Assembly: GCA_040755695.1 (NCBI GenBank)
Contig: JBFMAK010000004.1
Location: 34,112 to 98,111, forward strand
Reading direction: 5' to 3'
Origin: Candidatus Iainarchaeum sp.
GTDB taxonomy: Archaea > Iainarchaeota > Iainarchaeia > Iainarchaeales > 1-14-0-10-31-34
DNA length: 64,000 nucleotides
Shown: piece by piece, positions 44,618 to 54,098 of the stretch
Position numbering within the stretch: position 1 is the stretch's first letter
How the letters are laid out: every line of letters starts with the position of its first letter
The notes under the pieces: generated by a model
What the model was told of the DNA's origin: nothing
Database searches by the model: none
Seen by the model: the letters and a program-made list of their open reading frames with translations, nothing else
Translations under genes and position numbers: made by a program

Positions 44618-45942
44618 CTTACCGCCAATTTAATATTTTTATAAAATCTTTTAAAATAAATATTTAAATATAACAAAAACATTCTTGGCTTTGATAACAT
44701 CTTAAAGTATTTGATGTAATTTTTATGTTTGGTTGAACTCCATGCCAAAAATATTTTCTTTTTATAGAAAGCCAAATCCTCTTTGGTAAGGTTTTCTAAT
44801 CTTATTGGGTAATCATTCATGCAATAATGGTAATCAGAAAGCCTTTTTATATTTAATATTGCTTTTTCTAGGCAATATTTTTCTAGATCTGTGCCTATTA
44901 ATGGAGTCATTATGCTTACCTGTATTCCATCAGGATGTATTTCTTTAATGAGTCTAACTGTCATTTCAAGATCTTCTTTTGTTTCTGTTGGAGTTCCAAT
45001 TATGATGAATGCATGACATAGAATTTCTGCTTTGTGTGTCATTTTAAATGCTTCTTTTATTTGTTTTACTGTTATGCCTTTTCTCATAAAATTAAGTATT
45101 TTCTGAGAGCCTGATTCAACGCCGTAATTTATGAATGTGCATCCAGCATCTTTCATCATTTCAAGTTTTTCCTTGTCAATAAGATTTACTCTTGTGCTAC
45201 ACTTCCAGTTTATTTTTAATGGTTTCACTGATTCACAAAATTTTTTTAGCCAATCTAAGTTCCATGTAAAAGTGTCATCAAGGAAATAAAAGATAAAATT
45301 GCTGCCATAATTGTTTATTATTTGTTTTATTTCTGCTACAACGTTTTCAGGGCTTCTCAGCTTAACTTTATCACCGAATAATTTTCTTTGAGTTGGCTGG
45401 CAAAAGATGCAATTGTATGGGCAACCCCTTGACATCATTATCTCGATTTCATGGTTCATCCTTAGATATTTGCCGTAATCAATTAATTTTCTGTTAGGAA
45501 AAGGGATTACATCTAATTTTTCAACATGCTCTCCGTAAACCAATCTTTCCTTTATTTTTCCTTTGATTATATTTAAAAAAATCTTTTCGCCCTCGCCAAC
45601 TACTAAAAAGTCAACATGTTTATTCTTAAGCATATTAGCTGTGTCAACAGTAGCATGAGCTCCACCGACTATAACTTTAGCATGAGGGCATATCTTTTTG
45701 GCTATTTCAATTGCCCTTAAACCATTTTTTGCTATGGGGGTTTGTATTGAAAAACCTATGAATTTAGGACTCACTTGCTTTAATCTTTGCTTGTATTCTT
45801 TCCAACTTGTAAACGTTAAATCAATTATTTCAGATTTTATTTTATTGGCTGCTAAATAAGATGCAATATATTGAATCCCTAACGGAGCTGAACTTCCCCC
45901 TGCCAACAATTCTGGGGTTCGAGGATATACTAAAGTTATCAT
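44614..45942 (-). CDS. Cobalamin-binding radical SAM protein (class B)
   Basis: PLGIQYIASY, GGAHAT, VGEGE, SRGCPYNCIFC, FLDDTFT and GVESGSQ. Confidence 0.92.
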   Translation of the reverse strand: MITLVYPRTPELLAGGSSAPLGIQYIASYLAANKIKSEIIDLTFTSWKEYKQRLKQVSPKFIGFSIQTPIAKNGLRAIEIAKKICPHAKVIVGGAHATVDTANMLKNKHVDFLVVGEGEKIFLNIIKGKIKERLVYGEHVEKLDVIPFPNRKLIDYGKYLRMNHEIEIMMSRGCPYNCIFCQPTQRKLFGDKVKLRSPENVVAEIKQIINNYGSNFIFYFLDDTFTWNLDWLKKFCESVKPLKINWKCSTRVNLIDKEKLEMMKDAGCTFINYGVESGSQKILNFMRKGITVKQIKEAFKMTHKAEILCHAFIIIGTPTETKEDLEMTVRLIKEIHPDGIQVSIMTPLIGTDLEKYCLEKAILNIKRLSDYHYCMNDYPIRLENLTKEDLAFYKKKIFLAWSSTKHKNYIKYFKMLSKPRMFLLYLNIYFKRFYKNIKLAVR

Positions 45943-46700
45943 TTTTTCACGCCCAAACACTGTATCATCATAAGATTATAGAAGCCCCTTAAAAACTCTG
46001 GCAATTTATATTTCTTTTTAAGTTTATTAAAACCTTCAATTTTAATATAATCAAATTTTTCTAATTGAATATTATGTTTTTCAAATAAATTTTTGACTTC
46101 ACTGAAGCCCGTAAACCAATGGTAATCCACACAGGCTTTCCCGAGCAATTTTTCGTCTATGAATTTCCTAAGAAACCTTGGAAACAGAATAGTGAAAGGC
46201 AGGCCGTCATGTGGATTCCAGAGAATAAACAATGGAAAATACCTTGCTTCTGTTGTTACAAATATGCTGCCTCCTTTTTTTAAAACCCTTGACATTTCGC
46301 TCGCAAAGGACTCATGGTCAGGAACATGTTCTAATGTGTCCGTGCAGATAATTAAATCAAAAAATTCGCTGGAATAAGGAATTCTCCTCCCATTCCATAA
46401 TTTCAGCTCCTGCGGTTTCAGTTTGAGGTCTTTGAATCTCTGCCTTGATATCTCCAAAAAATATTTGTTGACATCTATTCCATACACTTTTGCCCCCCCT
46501 TCAGCAAATGCACAGGCAATTCCGCCTGTTCCAGTGCTTGCATCCAAAACCTTTTTGCCTTTCACTTTCAATGAAAGATGCTTTATTATTTTTCTGCCTA
46601 AATCAAACCTGCTCAAAGCATACCTTACATCAACTTCGGGCTGGGTCATAGGCTGTATTTTGTCATTCTTCCATAAAACCAATTTATCCTGCCATTTCAT
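45939..46700 (-). CDS. Class I SAM-dependent methyltransferase
   Basis: VLDASTGTGG, FDLIICTDTLEHVPD and RVLKKGG. Confidence 0.9.
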   Translation of the reverse strand: MKWQDKLVLWKNDKIQPMTQPEVDVRYALSRFDLGRKIIKHLSLKVKGKKVLDASTGTGGIACAFAEGGAKVYGIDVNKYFLEISRQRFKDLKLKPQELKLWNGRRIPYSSEFFDLIICTDTLEHVPDHESFASEMSRVLKKGGSIFVTTEARYFPLFILWNPHDGLPFTILFPRFLRKFIDEKLLGKACVDYHWFTGFSEVKNLFEKHNIQLEKFDYIKIEGFNKLKKKYKLPEFLRGFYNLMMIQCLGVKK

Positions 46701-46712
46701 TTTTTTTGCACC

Positions 46713-47699
46713 TTAAAATTTATTGCCAAAAAACAATTTTAATCCAAATACGGCACCGGAAAGCCAAACCAAATTCCTAAGAAATATTATGACAAAAGAC
46801 AATGGAATTAACTGAATTTCTTTTCTTGAAATAAAAACAAAAAAATTATAATACAAAGCAAAAAGCAAGGAAAACCCAATCAAGGAAAGATAAATTGCAT
46901 CAAAGTAAAAAGGGCTTAAAATCAAAGCCAAAACAAAAACTGCAGCAAAGAGAGGGGCAAAAGGTATTTCTAGGCCTGTATAAGAGTCCCCTGAAATTTT
47001 TTTTGGGTGAATTGCATACAATTTCATTCTCCAGTAAGCCCTCCAAAACTGCTTTTTAAGGTACTCAATTAGATTGCTTGGATGCCTGTGCCAGACAAAA
47101 ATGCTTTTATCAAACAGCAGCCTGCGGCCAGCCTTTGAAATCCTGAAAGAAAGTTCTGGATCTTCGCCTGAGGCCTGAGGGAAACTTTCATTAAAACCAT
47201 TAAAACCCAAAAAAATGCTTCGCTTGTAGGCGCAGCAGTAAGAGCCAAGGAAATCAGTAAATTCAGGCTGCCTGCTGTGGCGCCATTCAATCTCGTATCC
47301 TGAATACCTTGCAATAATGCTTTTTCTGTTTAAGGTCCTGTAAGTGCCCCCAACGCCGGCCACACAATATTTTTTGAAGTCTTCAGAGATTTTTTTAAGA
47401 AAATCCTGCGGTGCAATGCAGTCAGAGTCAAGGAAGACAATTATTCCTGCTTTTGATTTTTTTGCCCCGAAATTCCTTGCCCCTGCAGGGCCCCTATGCT
47501 TTATTTTCAGAATTTTAATTTTAAGCCTTGATTTTTTCTCGAATTCATTTATTAACTCAAGGCTTTTGTCAGTGCTTCCGTCATCTACCAATATTACATT
47601 GAATTCATTGAAATGCTGTCTTTCAAGGCCTTGAAGGCATTTAACTATGGTTTTCTCAGAATTGTAAAACGGGATTATTACAGAAACTTTTTCTTTCAT
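46713..47699 (-). CDS. Glycosyltransferase family 2
   Basis: VSVIIPFYN, VDDGSTD, GPAGARNFG, FLDSDC and GEDPEL. Confidence 0.93.
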   Translation of the reverse strand: MKEKVSVIIPFYNSEKTIVKCLQGLERQHFNEFNVILVDDGSTDKSLELINEFEKKSRLKIKILKIKHRGPAGARNFGAKKSKAGIIVFLDSDCIAPQDFLKKISEDFKKYCVAGVGGTYRTLNRKSIIARYSGYEIEWRHSRQPEFTDFLGSYCCAYKRSIFLGFNGFNESFPQASGEDPELSFRISKAGRRLLFDKSIFVWHRHPSNLIEYLKKQFWRAYWRMKLYAIHPKKISGDSYTGLEIPFAPLFAAVFVLALILSPFYFDAIYLSLIGFSLLFALYYNFFVFISRKEIQLIPLSFVIIFLRNLVWLSGAVFGLKLFFGNKF

Positions 47700-47776
47700 T
47701 TTTTATCCTGTTTTTGCAATTTTATTGTGGGCTAACATTATTGGTTAAATATCTTTTATTCCACAATTAGTTTTAA

Positions 47777-48739
47777 ATGAAAAGCTATTCGGGCAAAAAA
47801 ATGGTGGTTTCATTTATAATTCCGGCCCATAACGAGGAAAAAATGATAGGCTTTGCCCTAGAGCCCTTAATAAAATTGAAAGCAGACTGCCCTTTCATTG
47901 AAATATTGGTTGGGCTTGACGGCTGCACTGACAGAACAAAAGAAGTGGCTGGAGAATTTAAAGAGATTAAATTATTTGAGTTCAAAGAAAGAAAAGGAAA
48001 GCATAAAGTGTTGAACGAATTAGTCAAAAAAGCGCGCGGTGAAATATGCGTTATAAATGATGCTGACTGGATTTTTGTTGCAAGAAAAAATGATTTAAAA
48101 AAAATGATTGAATGCTTTGAAGACAAAAGCATTGGGGGTTTAGGAGACCATTACGCTTTAACCTTTGCCCCAGAAATACTCAAAAAAAGCAATTCAATCC
48201 TGTTTGCAGGAGAAGCATGGAACCTTCTTTTCATCACAGAATACAAAAACAAATTCTTCACCAAAGAAATTAACGGAGAAAGGTTTGCAGATTTTGGAAA
48301 AGCCAGCTATCCCTTCTTTGTTCATTTTTTCAGGAAAAACTCTGTTGGAGAAGCAACAACGCTTGCAGATGACGCAGAGAGATTCCTGCAAATTGAAAGA
48401 AAAGGATTGAAAGTGAAACTGCTTCCTTTCGGCTCAAAGCCTTATTTCATTCCAGCATACAATTCAATTGACTTGAAAGGAATACTGAAACAGAGAAGCA
48501 GAGGCTTTATTGCGCAGAAACAGATAAGAGAGAAATATGGGTCAAATAATTTTACTGCAAAAACAAGCCTTTCGCTATTCTTTTACGCCCTCAAAAATCT
48601 TCCAAGAGTAAAAAAACCAAAACATGTTTTTGGGGTTCTCTTATGGTGGGTTCTTTCAGGGATTTCATACATTAATTATGCAGTAAGGAAAAGAAATCTT
48701 TCAACTGAAGAAGGCTGGCAACTAGGATTAAGCCGTTAG
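47777..48739 (+). CDS. Glycosyltransferase family 2
   Basis: SFIIPAHNEE, LDGCTDRT, GKHKVLN and INDAD. Confidence 0.87.
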   Translation: MKSYSGKKMVVSFIIPAHNEEKMIGFALEPLIKLKADCPFIEILVGLDGCTDRTKEVAGEFKEIKLFEFKERKGKHKVLNELVKKARGEICVINDADWIFVARKNDLKKMIECFEDKSIGGLGDHYALTFAPEILKKSNSILFAGEAWNLLFITEYKNKFFTKEINGERFADFGKASYPFFVHFFRKNSVGEATTLADDAERFLQIERKGLKVKLLPFGSKPYFIPAYNSIDLKGILKQRSRGFIAQKQIREKYGSNNFTAKTSLSLFFYALKNLPRVKKPKHVFGVLLWWVLSGISYINYAVRKRNLSTEEGWQLGLSR

Positions 48740-49810
48740 AACTTTAAAGTAGAGTTTTGGATTGAAAATTATGTTCCTGACCTGAAAAAGGCAGTGCGTG
48801 CAATAGCACCCTTCCCCTTCAATCATTTTTCTCTGTCTATCTGCTTTTTTTGAAAACCACACAGAAGAAAAAGCATAATTTGCTTTCCTTAGACTTCCAA
48901 TGCTTGGGAGGAGTTCGCATAAAGAAAGGCTGCCGTCTGAATTAATTACCCCTGCAACCTTTCCTGCAAGGCATGGAATCACCTGCCTTTCCTGCCTTAA
49001 TGTCTCAAGCTGTATTTTATTTAGGAAAGAATTAATCTTGAATGCCATGAGAGGATAGAATGATTTCATGAAAAAACTGTTCTTGTAATACCTTTTGTCC
49101 CTTGAAGAATAGGCTTTCAGGTTTTCCCTGTATTCACCAAAAAGCTTTTCCATCTGCTCTGCTGTAGGGGGCTTTAATTCCGGGTTTTTTGGGTTGCCTC
49201 TAATTATCTCAATTGTATGAAAGTCAACATCCATTTCATCCCTTACAAAATCCATTAAAGCGCCCATTTCACCGTAGTTTTGGTTGCATACAACAGTGCA
49301 CACCATTGTGGAAAGCTGGGGGAATTCTCTTTTCAGTTTTCTAAGTTTTTTTTCTGTTTTCAGAACCTTCTGAAAATTACCCTTTACTCCTCGAATCGAG
49401 TAATGCGTTTTCTCCAAGCCGTCAAGAGAGAGCAGAATTGTAAGATTTATTTCACTGCATTCTGAGAGAATTTTTTTTGTTGTCTTGTATATTTTTTCAG
49501 GAAGAAGGCAGTTTGTTGGAATTGCAATGTTTTCCGCCTTATTGTTTTCAAAAAAAACCCTGCAGATTTCAGGCAAATCATTTCTCAGAAAAGGCTCTCC
49601 TCCACTCAAATGAAGCCATGCGAGTTCATGCATGTTTTCTGAAATTCTTTTTATTTCTTCAAGCGACAAATCATCTTTTCTGTTCAAATTTTTCCAGTTA
49701 AAGCAGGTTTTGCACCTGCTGTTGCATTTGCTTGTAACAAAGAAAATCATGTAAGGGGGCAATTTGTTCTTTCGGGGATTTAAAAGCCATTTGAATGATT
49801 TTCCAATCAT
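48728..49810 (-). CDS. Radical SAM protein with a SPASM/twitch domain
   Basis: VTSKCNSRCKTC, LSGGEPFLR, SLDG; C-terminal PCLAG...LCE...CYCTHC. Confidence 0.9.
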   Translation of the reverse strand: MIGKSFKWLLNPRKNKLPPYMIFFVTSKCNSRCKTCFNWKNLNRKDDLSLEEIKRISENMHELAWLHLSGGEPFLRNDLPEICRVFFENNKAENIAIPTNCLLPEKIYKTTKKILSECSEINLTILLSLDGLEKTHYSIRGVKGNFQKVLKTEKKLRKLKREFPQLSTMVCTVVCNQNYGEMGALMDFVRDEMDVDFHTIEIIRGNPKNPELKPPTAEQMEKLFGEYRENLKAYSSRDKRYYKNSFFMKSFYPLMAFKINSFLNKIQLETLRQERQVIPCLAGKVAGVINSDGSLSLCELLPSIGSLRKANYAFSSVWFSKKADRQRKMIEGEGCYCTHCLFQVRNIIFNPKLYFKVLTA

Positions 49811-50709
49811 TTATCGCCCGCCTCGCTGAATTTTTTAACTCCCTTCATTACTCCTGCGCTCCAATAAATTCTCCCAAGAAAGAGCAGAGGAGCATAAAGA
49901 ATAACTTCAGGGGAATATTTTAAATTCTTCCATAAAACAAACGAAAAGGAAACAACGAAAAGAACTGGAAGGAACAGAAGCATTTCATAAAAATTTTTCC
50001 TGAAGAGAAAACTCCAAGAGAAAGGATTATCGTATTTCAGATTCACGTATGCTTCCCCTATGCCGTGCTCAAATCTGTGGAATAAAAAATTTTTCAGGTT
50101 TTTTATCTTGTGAAAGTGCTTTGCTTTAGCTTCAGGGAGAAAAACTATCCTGTAATTTTTATTTTTTAGTTTGATTGAAAGTGCAGTATCCTCTGTCCAA
50201 AGCACTTCCTCATCAAATCCATTCAATTCATTAAATATTTTCTTTCTAATGCAGAAGTTTGCGCTTGTTGCAAGAACTCTCTCTTCTTTCTTCATTTTTG
50301 GGTTCAGTGAATGCGCCCAGTCAAGGTGGATTGCTTTTGAGTAAATATTTTTTTCTCCGTCAATCAATGACCCATAAACAGCAGTTGTTTCTCTGTTCAT
50401 CATTTCTTTAACCATTATTTTAAGCCATTTTTTTTCTGGAGCACAGTCAGAGTCAAGAAAGGCTATTATTCCTGCTTTTGCTTTCCTTGCCCCAAGATTT
50501 CTTGCAGCAGCAGGACCTTTATGTTTTTGCTGAACCAAAATTACCCCCTTAAATTTTTTTACTATATCCCTTGTGCTGTCGATGCTTCCATCATCCACTA
50601 CTATGACCTCAAACTGGCTTTTAGGGAAATCAGATTTAAGAATTGAACTTAATGTAAGGGCAATTGTTTTCTCTGGATTATAGCAGGGAATTACAATAGA
50701 CACTTTCAT
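49807..50709 (-). CDS. Glycosyltransferase family 2
   Basis: VSIVIPCYN, VDDGS, GPAAARNLG, FLDSDC and TEDTAL. Confidence 0.93.
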   Translation of the reverse strand: MKVSIVIPCYNPEKTIALTLSSILKSDFPKSQFEVIVVDDGSIDSTRDIVKKFKGVILVQQKHKGPAAARNLGARKAKAGIIAFLDSDCAPEKKWLKIMVKEMMNRETTAVYGSLIDGEKNIYSKAIHLDWAHSLNPKMKKEERVLATSANFCIRKKIFNELNGFDEEVLWTEDTALSIKLKNKNYRIVFLPEAKAKHFHKIKNLKNFLFHRFEHGIGEAYVNLKYDNPFSWSFLFRKNFYEMLLFLPVLFVVSFSFVLWKNLKYSPEVILYAPLLFLGRIYWSAGVMKGVKKFSEAGDK

Positions 50710-50994
50710 ACATTAATATTGACTGCTTAAAATAAAAAATAAGAGGGCGGAAAAGGAGAGAAAAAATCTCCTTGCAATTTCCTTTACAAAAATTTTTTCC
50801 GCCCTTGTTGTTGCATGCCAACCACTCTCTTTTATTGAATTGGGTTGAAACCTTCCTGAAGGACAAAAAAAATGCAAAATATAAATAATAGTTTTTTGGT
50901 ACAAAAAACGTAAAATTGGCTGAAAACAACTGGGGGTTAGAAATTCAAACCAAATATTTAAATATATCCAAGGACACATTATTAATCCTAAAAA

Positions 50995-51040
50995 AAACAA
51001 CATATAGTGTTTTATTTATTACAAACACAACATATAGTGA
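50995..51040 (+). promoter_or_regulatory. Tandem NrdR boxes
   Basis: AAACAACATATAGTGT (50995-51010) and ACACAACATATAGTGA (51025-51040), 30 bp apart, fitting the NrdR-box consensus acaCwAtATaTwGtg; downstream of an AT-rich TATA-like stretch. Confidence 0.85.
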
Positions 51041-51079
51041 GGTTAATTTGTTTTTTAATGAAATTGAGGGGTGAATAGC

Positions 51080-53182
51080 ATGAAGTGTCCTTTCTGCAAT
51101 AACACTGAGACAAGAGTAATAGATAAGAGAATTAATGACGAAGAAAAGAGCAATAGGAGGAGAAGGGAATGCCTAAAGTGCGGCAGGCGCTTTACAACCT
51201 ACGAGAGAATTGAATCCCTGCCCAAAATCGAATTCGTAGAAAAAAGGGATGGAAGAATTGTTGCCTTTGACAAGGATAAAATCACTGAAGCCATATTCAA
51301 GGCAGCACAGTCTGTTGGAGGAACAGACAAGAGCATTGCAGAAGGGCTTTCAGACAAGGTCATAGAATTATTAGAACAAAAATTTGGCTCAAACAAGACA
51401 CCAAAAGTTGAAGACGTCCAGGACGCAGTAGAAAAAGTATTGATAGAAGAAGGCCACACAAAAACAGCAAAAGCATTCATTTTATACAGAGAGAAAAGAA
51501 AAGAAATGAGGGACCTAAAATCATATCTTACAAAAGCAAACGAAATAATTAACAGCTATCTGAATATTAATGACTGGCGCGTAAAAGAGAACGCCAACGC
51601 AGACTTCTCTATTTCTGCATTTCAGGCGCACATTTCAGGTGAAATAATTGCAGAATACGCACTAAACAATATTTACCCAAAAGAAATAGCTGAAGCGCAC
51701 AGAAAAGCAGACTTCCACATTCACGATTTGAGTGTTGGAACCTTCACTGCTTACTGCGCTGGCTGGAGCTTAATGCAATTGTTAATGGAAGGATTTAATG
51801 GAGTGAGAGGAAGGGTTTCAGCAAAGCCTGCAAGGCACTTCAATGCAGCCTTAGGCCAGTTAGTCAACTTTTTTGGTACTCTTCAAAATGAATGGGCTGG
51901 CGCTCAAGCAGTATCATCTTTTGACACCTATTTTGCACCTTTAGTGAGAGAAGACAAACTGAATTACAAGCAGGTAAAACAGAGCATACAAGAATTCGTT
52001 TATGGAATCAATCAGACAACGCGCTGGGGCAACCAGGTTCCATTCACTAATATTACCTTGGATTGGACTGTGCCTGAAGACATGAAAGACCATAAAGCAA
52101 TAGTTGGGGGGGAACTGCAGAAAGACACCTATTCAGATTACCAGGAAGAAATGGACTGGATCAATAAGGCATTCATTGAGGTAATGAGCGCAGGAGACAT
52201 GAATGCAAGAATCTTCACCTTCCCTATTCCAACATACAATATTACAAGAGACTTTGACTGGGGCACAGAGAATGCTAACCTTCTATTTGAAATGACAGCA
52301 AAGTATGGAATCCCATACTTCCAGAACTTTATTAACAGTTCCTTGAAGCCTCAGGATGTGCGCAGTATGTGTTGCAGATTACAGTTAAGGTTAGATGAAT
52401 TGAGGGCAAAGACTGGAGGCTTGTTCGGCTCAGGAGAACAGACAGGAAGCATTGGGGTAGTAACAATAAACATGCCTAAGATTGGCTTTCTTTCAAAAAG
52501 CAGGGAGGAATTCTTTGAAAGGCTCGGAAAATTATTGGTGCTGGCAAAGGATTCACTTGAAATAAAAAGAAAGGAAGCAGAAAAAAACATGCAGCAAGGC
52601 CTGCTTCCTTACACTAAAAGATATTTAGGGCACTTGAACAACCATTTCTCCACGATTGGATTAGTGGGAATGAATGAGGCAGGCATTAATTTCCTGCACC
52701 AGAGCATTGCAGAAAAAGAGGGAAAGCAGTTAGCCTTGGATGTATTAGACTTCTTCAGAGAGAAATTAACTGAATTCCAGGCAGAAACAGGCCACATCTA
52801 TAACTTGGAGGCAACGCCAGCAGAAGGAACGTCTTACAGGCTTGCAAGAATTGACAAGAGGAATTACCCTGAAATAATTACAGCAGGGAATGGAACGCCT
52901 TTCTATACAAATTCAACGCACCTGCCAGTGGACTACACTGACGACATATTTGAGGCATTAAAGCACCAGGACGAACTTCAAACAAAATACACTGGGGGAA
53001 CAGTATTGCACGGCTTCATTGGAGAGAGGATTGACTCAAACCAGTCATGCAAGAAGCTGGTGAAGAAGATTGCAGAGAATTTCAGGCTGCCTTACTTCAC
53101 TGTAACCCCAACATTCAGCATCTGCCCAGTGCACGGCTACATCAAGGGAGAGCACAAGAACTGTCCCACGGCAGCAAAATAA
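51080..53182 (+). CDS. nrdD: Class III ribonucleotide reductase core fused to an N-terminal NrdR zinc ribbon and ATP-cone; lacks the C-terminal glycyl-radical loop
   Basis: MKCPFC...RRRRECLKCGRRFTTYER (NrdR); VEKRDG...AKAFILYR ATP-cone; HIHDL, SMCCRL, EATPAEG and YTGGTVLH; GAGGGGTGA RBS. Confidence 0.93.
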   Translation: MKCPFCNNTETRVIDKRINDEEKSNRRRRECLKCGRRFTTYERIESLPKIEFVEKRDGRIVAFDKDKITEAIFKAAQSVGGTDKSIAEGLSDKVIELLEQKFGSNKTPKVEDVQDAVEKVLIEEGHTKTAKAFILYREKRKEMRDLKSYLTKANEIINSYLNINDWRVKENANADFSISAFQAHISGEIIAEYALNNIYPKEIAEAHRKADFHIHDLSVGTFTAYCAGWSLMQLLMEGFNGVRGRVSAKPARHFNAALGQLVNFFGTLQNEWAGAQAVSSFDTYFAPLVREDKLNYKQVKQSIQEFVYGINQTTRWGNQVPFTNITLDWTVPEDMKDHKAIVGGELQKDTYSDYQEEMDWINKAFIEVMSAGDMNARIFTFPIPTYNITRDFDWGTENANLLFEMTAKYGIPYFQNFINSSLKPQDVRSMCCRLQLRLDELRAKTGGLFGSGEQTGSIGVVTINMPKIGFLSKSREEFFERLGKLLVLAKDSLEIKRKEAEKNMQQGLLPYTKRYLGHLNNHFSTIGLVGMNEAGINFLHQSIAEKEGKQLALDVLDFFREKLTEFQAETGHIYNLEATPAEGTSYRLARIDKRNYPEIITAGNGTPFYTNSTHLPVDYTDDIFEALKHQDELQTKYTGGTVLHGFIGERIDSNQSCKKLVKKIAENFRLPYFTVTPTFSICPVHGYIKGEHKNCPTAAK

Positions 53183-53205
53183 ATAATTGAATGAGGTGAC
53201 ATAAA

Positions 53206-53352
53206 ATGGAAGAAAAGGAATGCGGAAAAGAATGCGAGGTATACAGCAGGGTAGTAGGCTATTTCAGGCCAGTACAGTCATGGAATGAAGGAAAACAAGA
53301 GGAATTCAAGCACAGGAAAACATATGAAATAAAAGAAAAAGAATTAAAGTAA
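53206..53352 (+). CDS. Stand-alone glycyl-radical domain of NrdD (48 aa)
   Basis: Manual translation MEEKECGKECEVYSRVVGYFRPVQSWNEGKQEEFKHRKTYEIKEKELK; own GAGGTGA RBS at 53193-53199; not in the ORF track. Confidence 0.9.
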   Translation: MEEKECGKECEVYSRVVGYFRPVQSWNEGKQEEFKHRKTYEIKEKELK

Positions 53353-53372
53353 AAAAAAAAGTGAAGGAAAAA

Positions 53373-54077
53373 ATGGAATTCAAGGGAATACAGAAGACTA
53401 CTTTAATTGATTTTCAGGGGCACATTGCCTCTACTTTATTTCTTTCGAAATGCAATTTCTCTTGCCCTTACTGCCAGAACCCCTTGCTTGTAAGGGATGA
53501 TAAAAGCCTTGTTTCAATCCCTGAAAAGGAAATGATTGAACTGCTTGACGAAAGAAAGGAATTCATTGAAGGCATCTGTATTACAGGCGGAGAGCCAACG
53601 CTCTACGGCAAAGAATTAAAGGAATTCGTTAAGAGAATAAAAAGGGAATTGAAGCTGAAAGTCAAGCTGGACACTAACGGAAACAATCCCTTGATATTAA
53701 AAGAATTAATTCAAGAAAAATTACTGGACTACATTGCAATGGACATCAAAGGGCCTTTAGATAAATACGATGAAATTGCGAGAGTAAAGGTAGACAAGAA
53801 GGCAGTGCAGGAGAGCATTGACCTGATAATGAATTCAGGTCTTGAGTACGAGTTCAGGACAACCATTGTACCGGAATTTTTTTCAAGAGAAGATGCAATC
53901 TCAATAGGAAAATGGCTTATGGGAGCAAAAAAATACTTTTTGCAGCAATTCAATAATCAAACAGAATTGCTTGACCCCGAATTCAAGGAAAAAAAGCCTT
54001 ATCCTCCAGAGAAATTAAAGGAATTAGCACAATTAATGAAGCCTTTCTTTGGGGAATGCGGTGTCAGGGGAATCTGA
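53373..54077 (+). CDS. nrdG: Anaerobic RNR activating enzyme
   Basis: KCNFSCPYCQNP, ITGGEPT, KLDTNG, AMDIK and EFRTT. Confidence 0.93.
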   Translation: MEFKGIQKTTLIDFQGHIASTLFLSKCNFSCPYCQNPLLVRDDKSLVSIPEKEMIELLDERKEFIEGICITGGEPTLYGKELKEFVKRIKRELKLKVKLDTNGNNPLILKELIQEKLLDYIAMDIKGPLDKYDEIARVKVDKKAVQESIDLIMNSGLEYEFRTTIVPEFFSREDAISIGKWLMGAKKYFLQQFNNQTELLDPEFKEKKPYPPEKLKELAQLMKPFFGECGVRGI

Positions 54078-54098
54078 TTTAAAAAAAAAACAGGAAAA

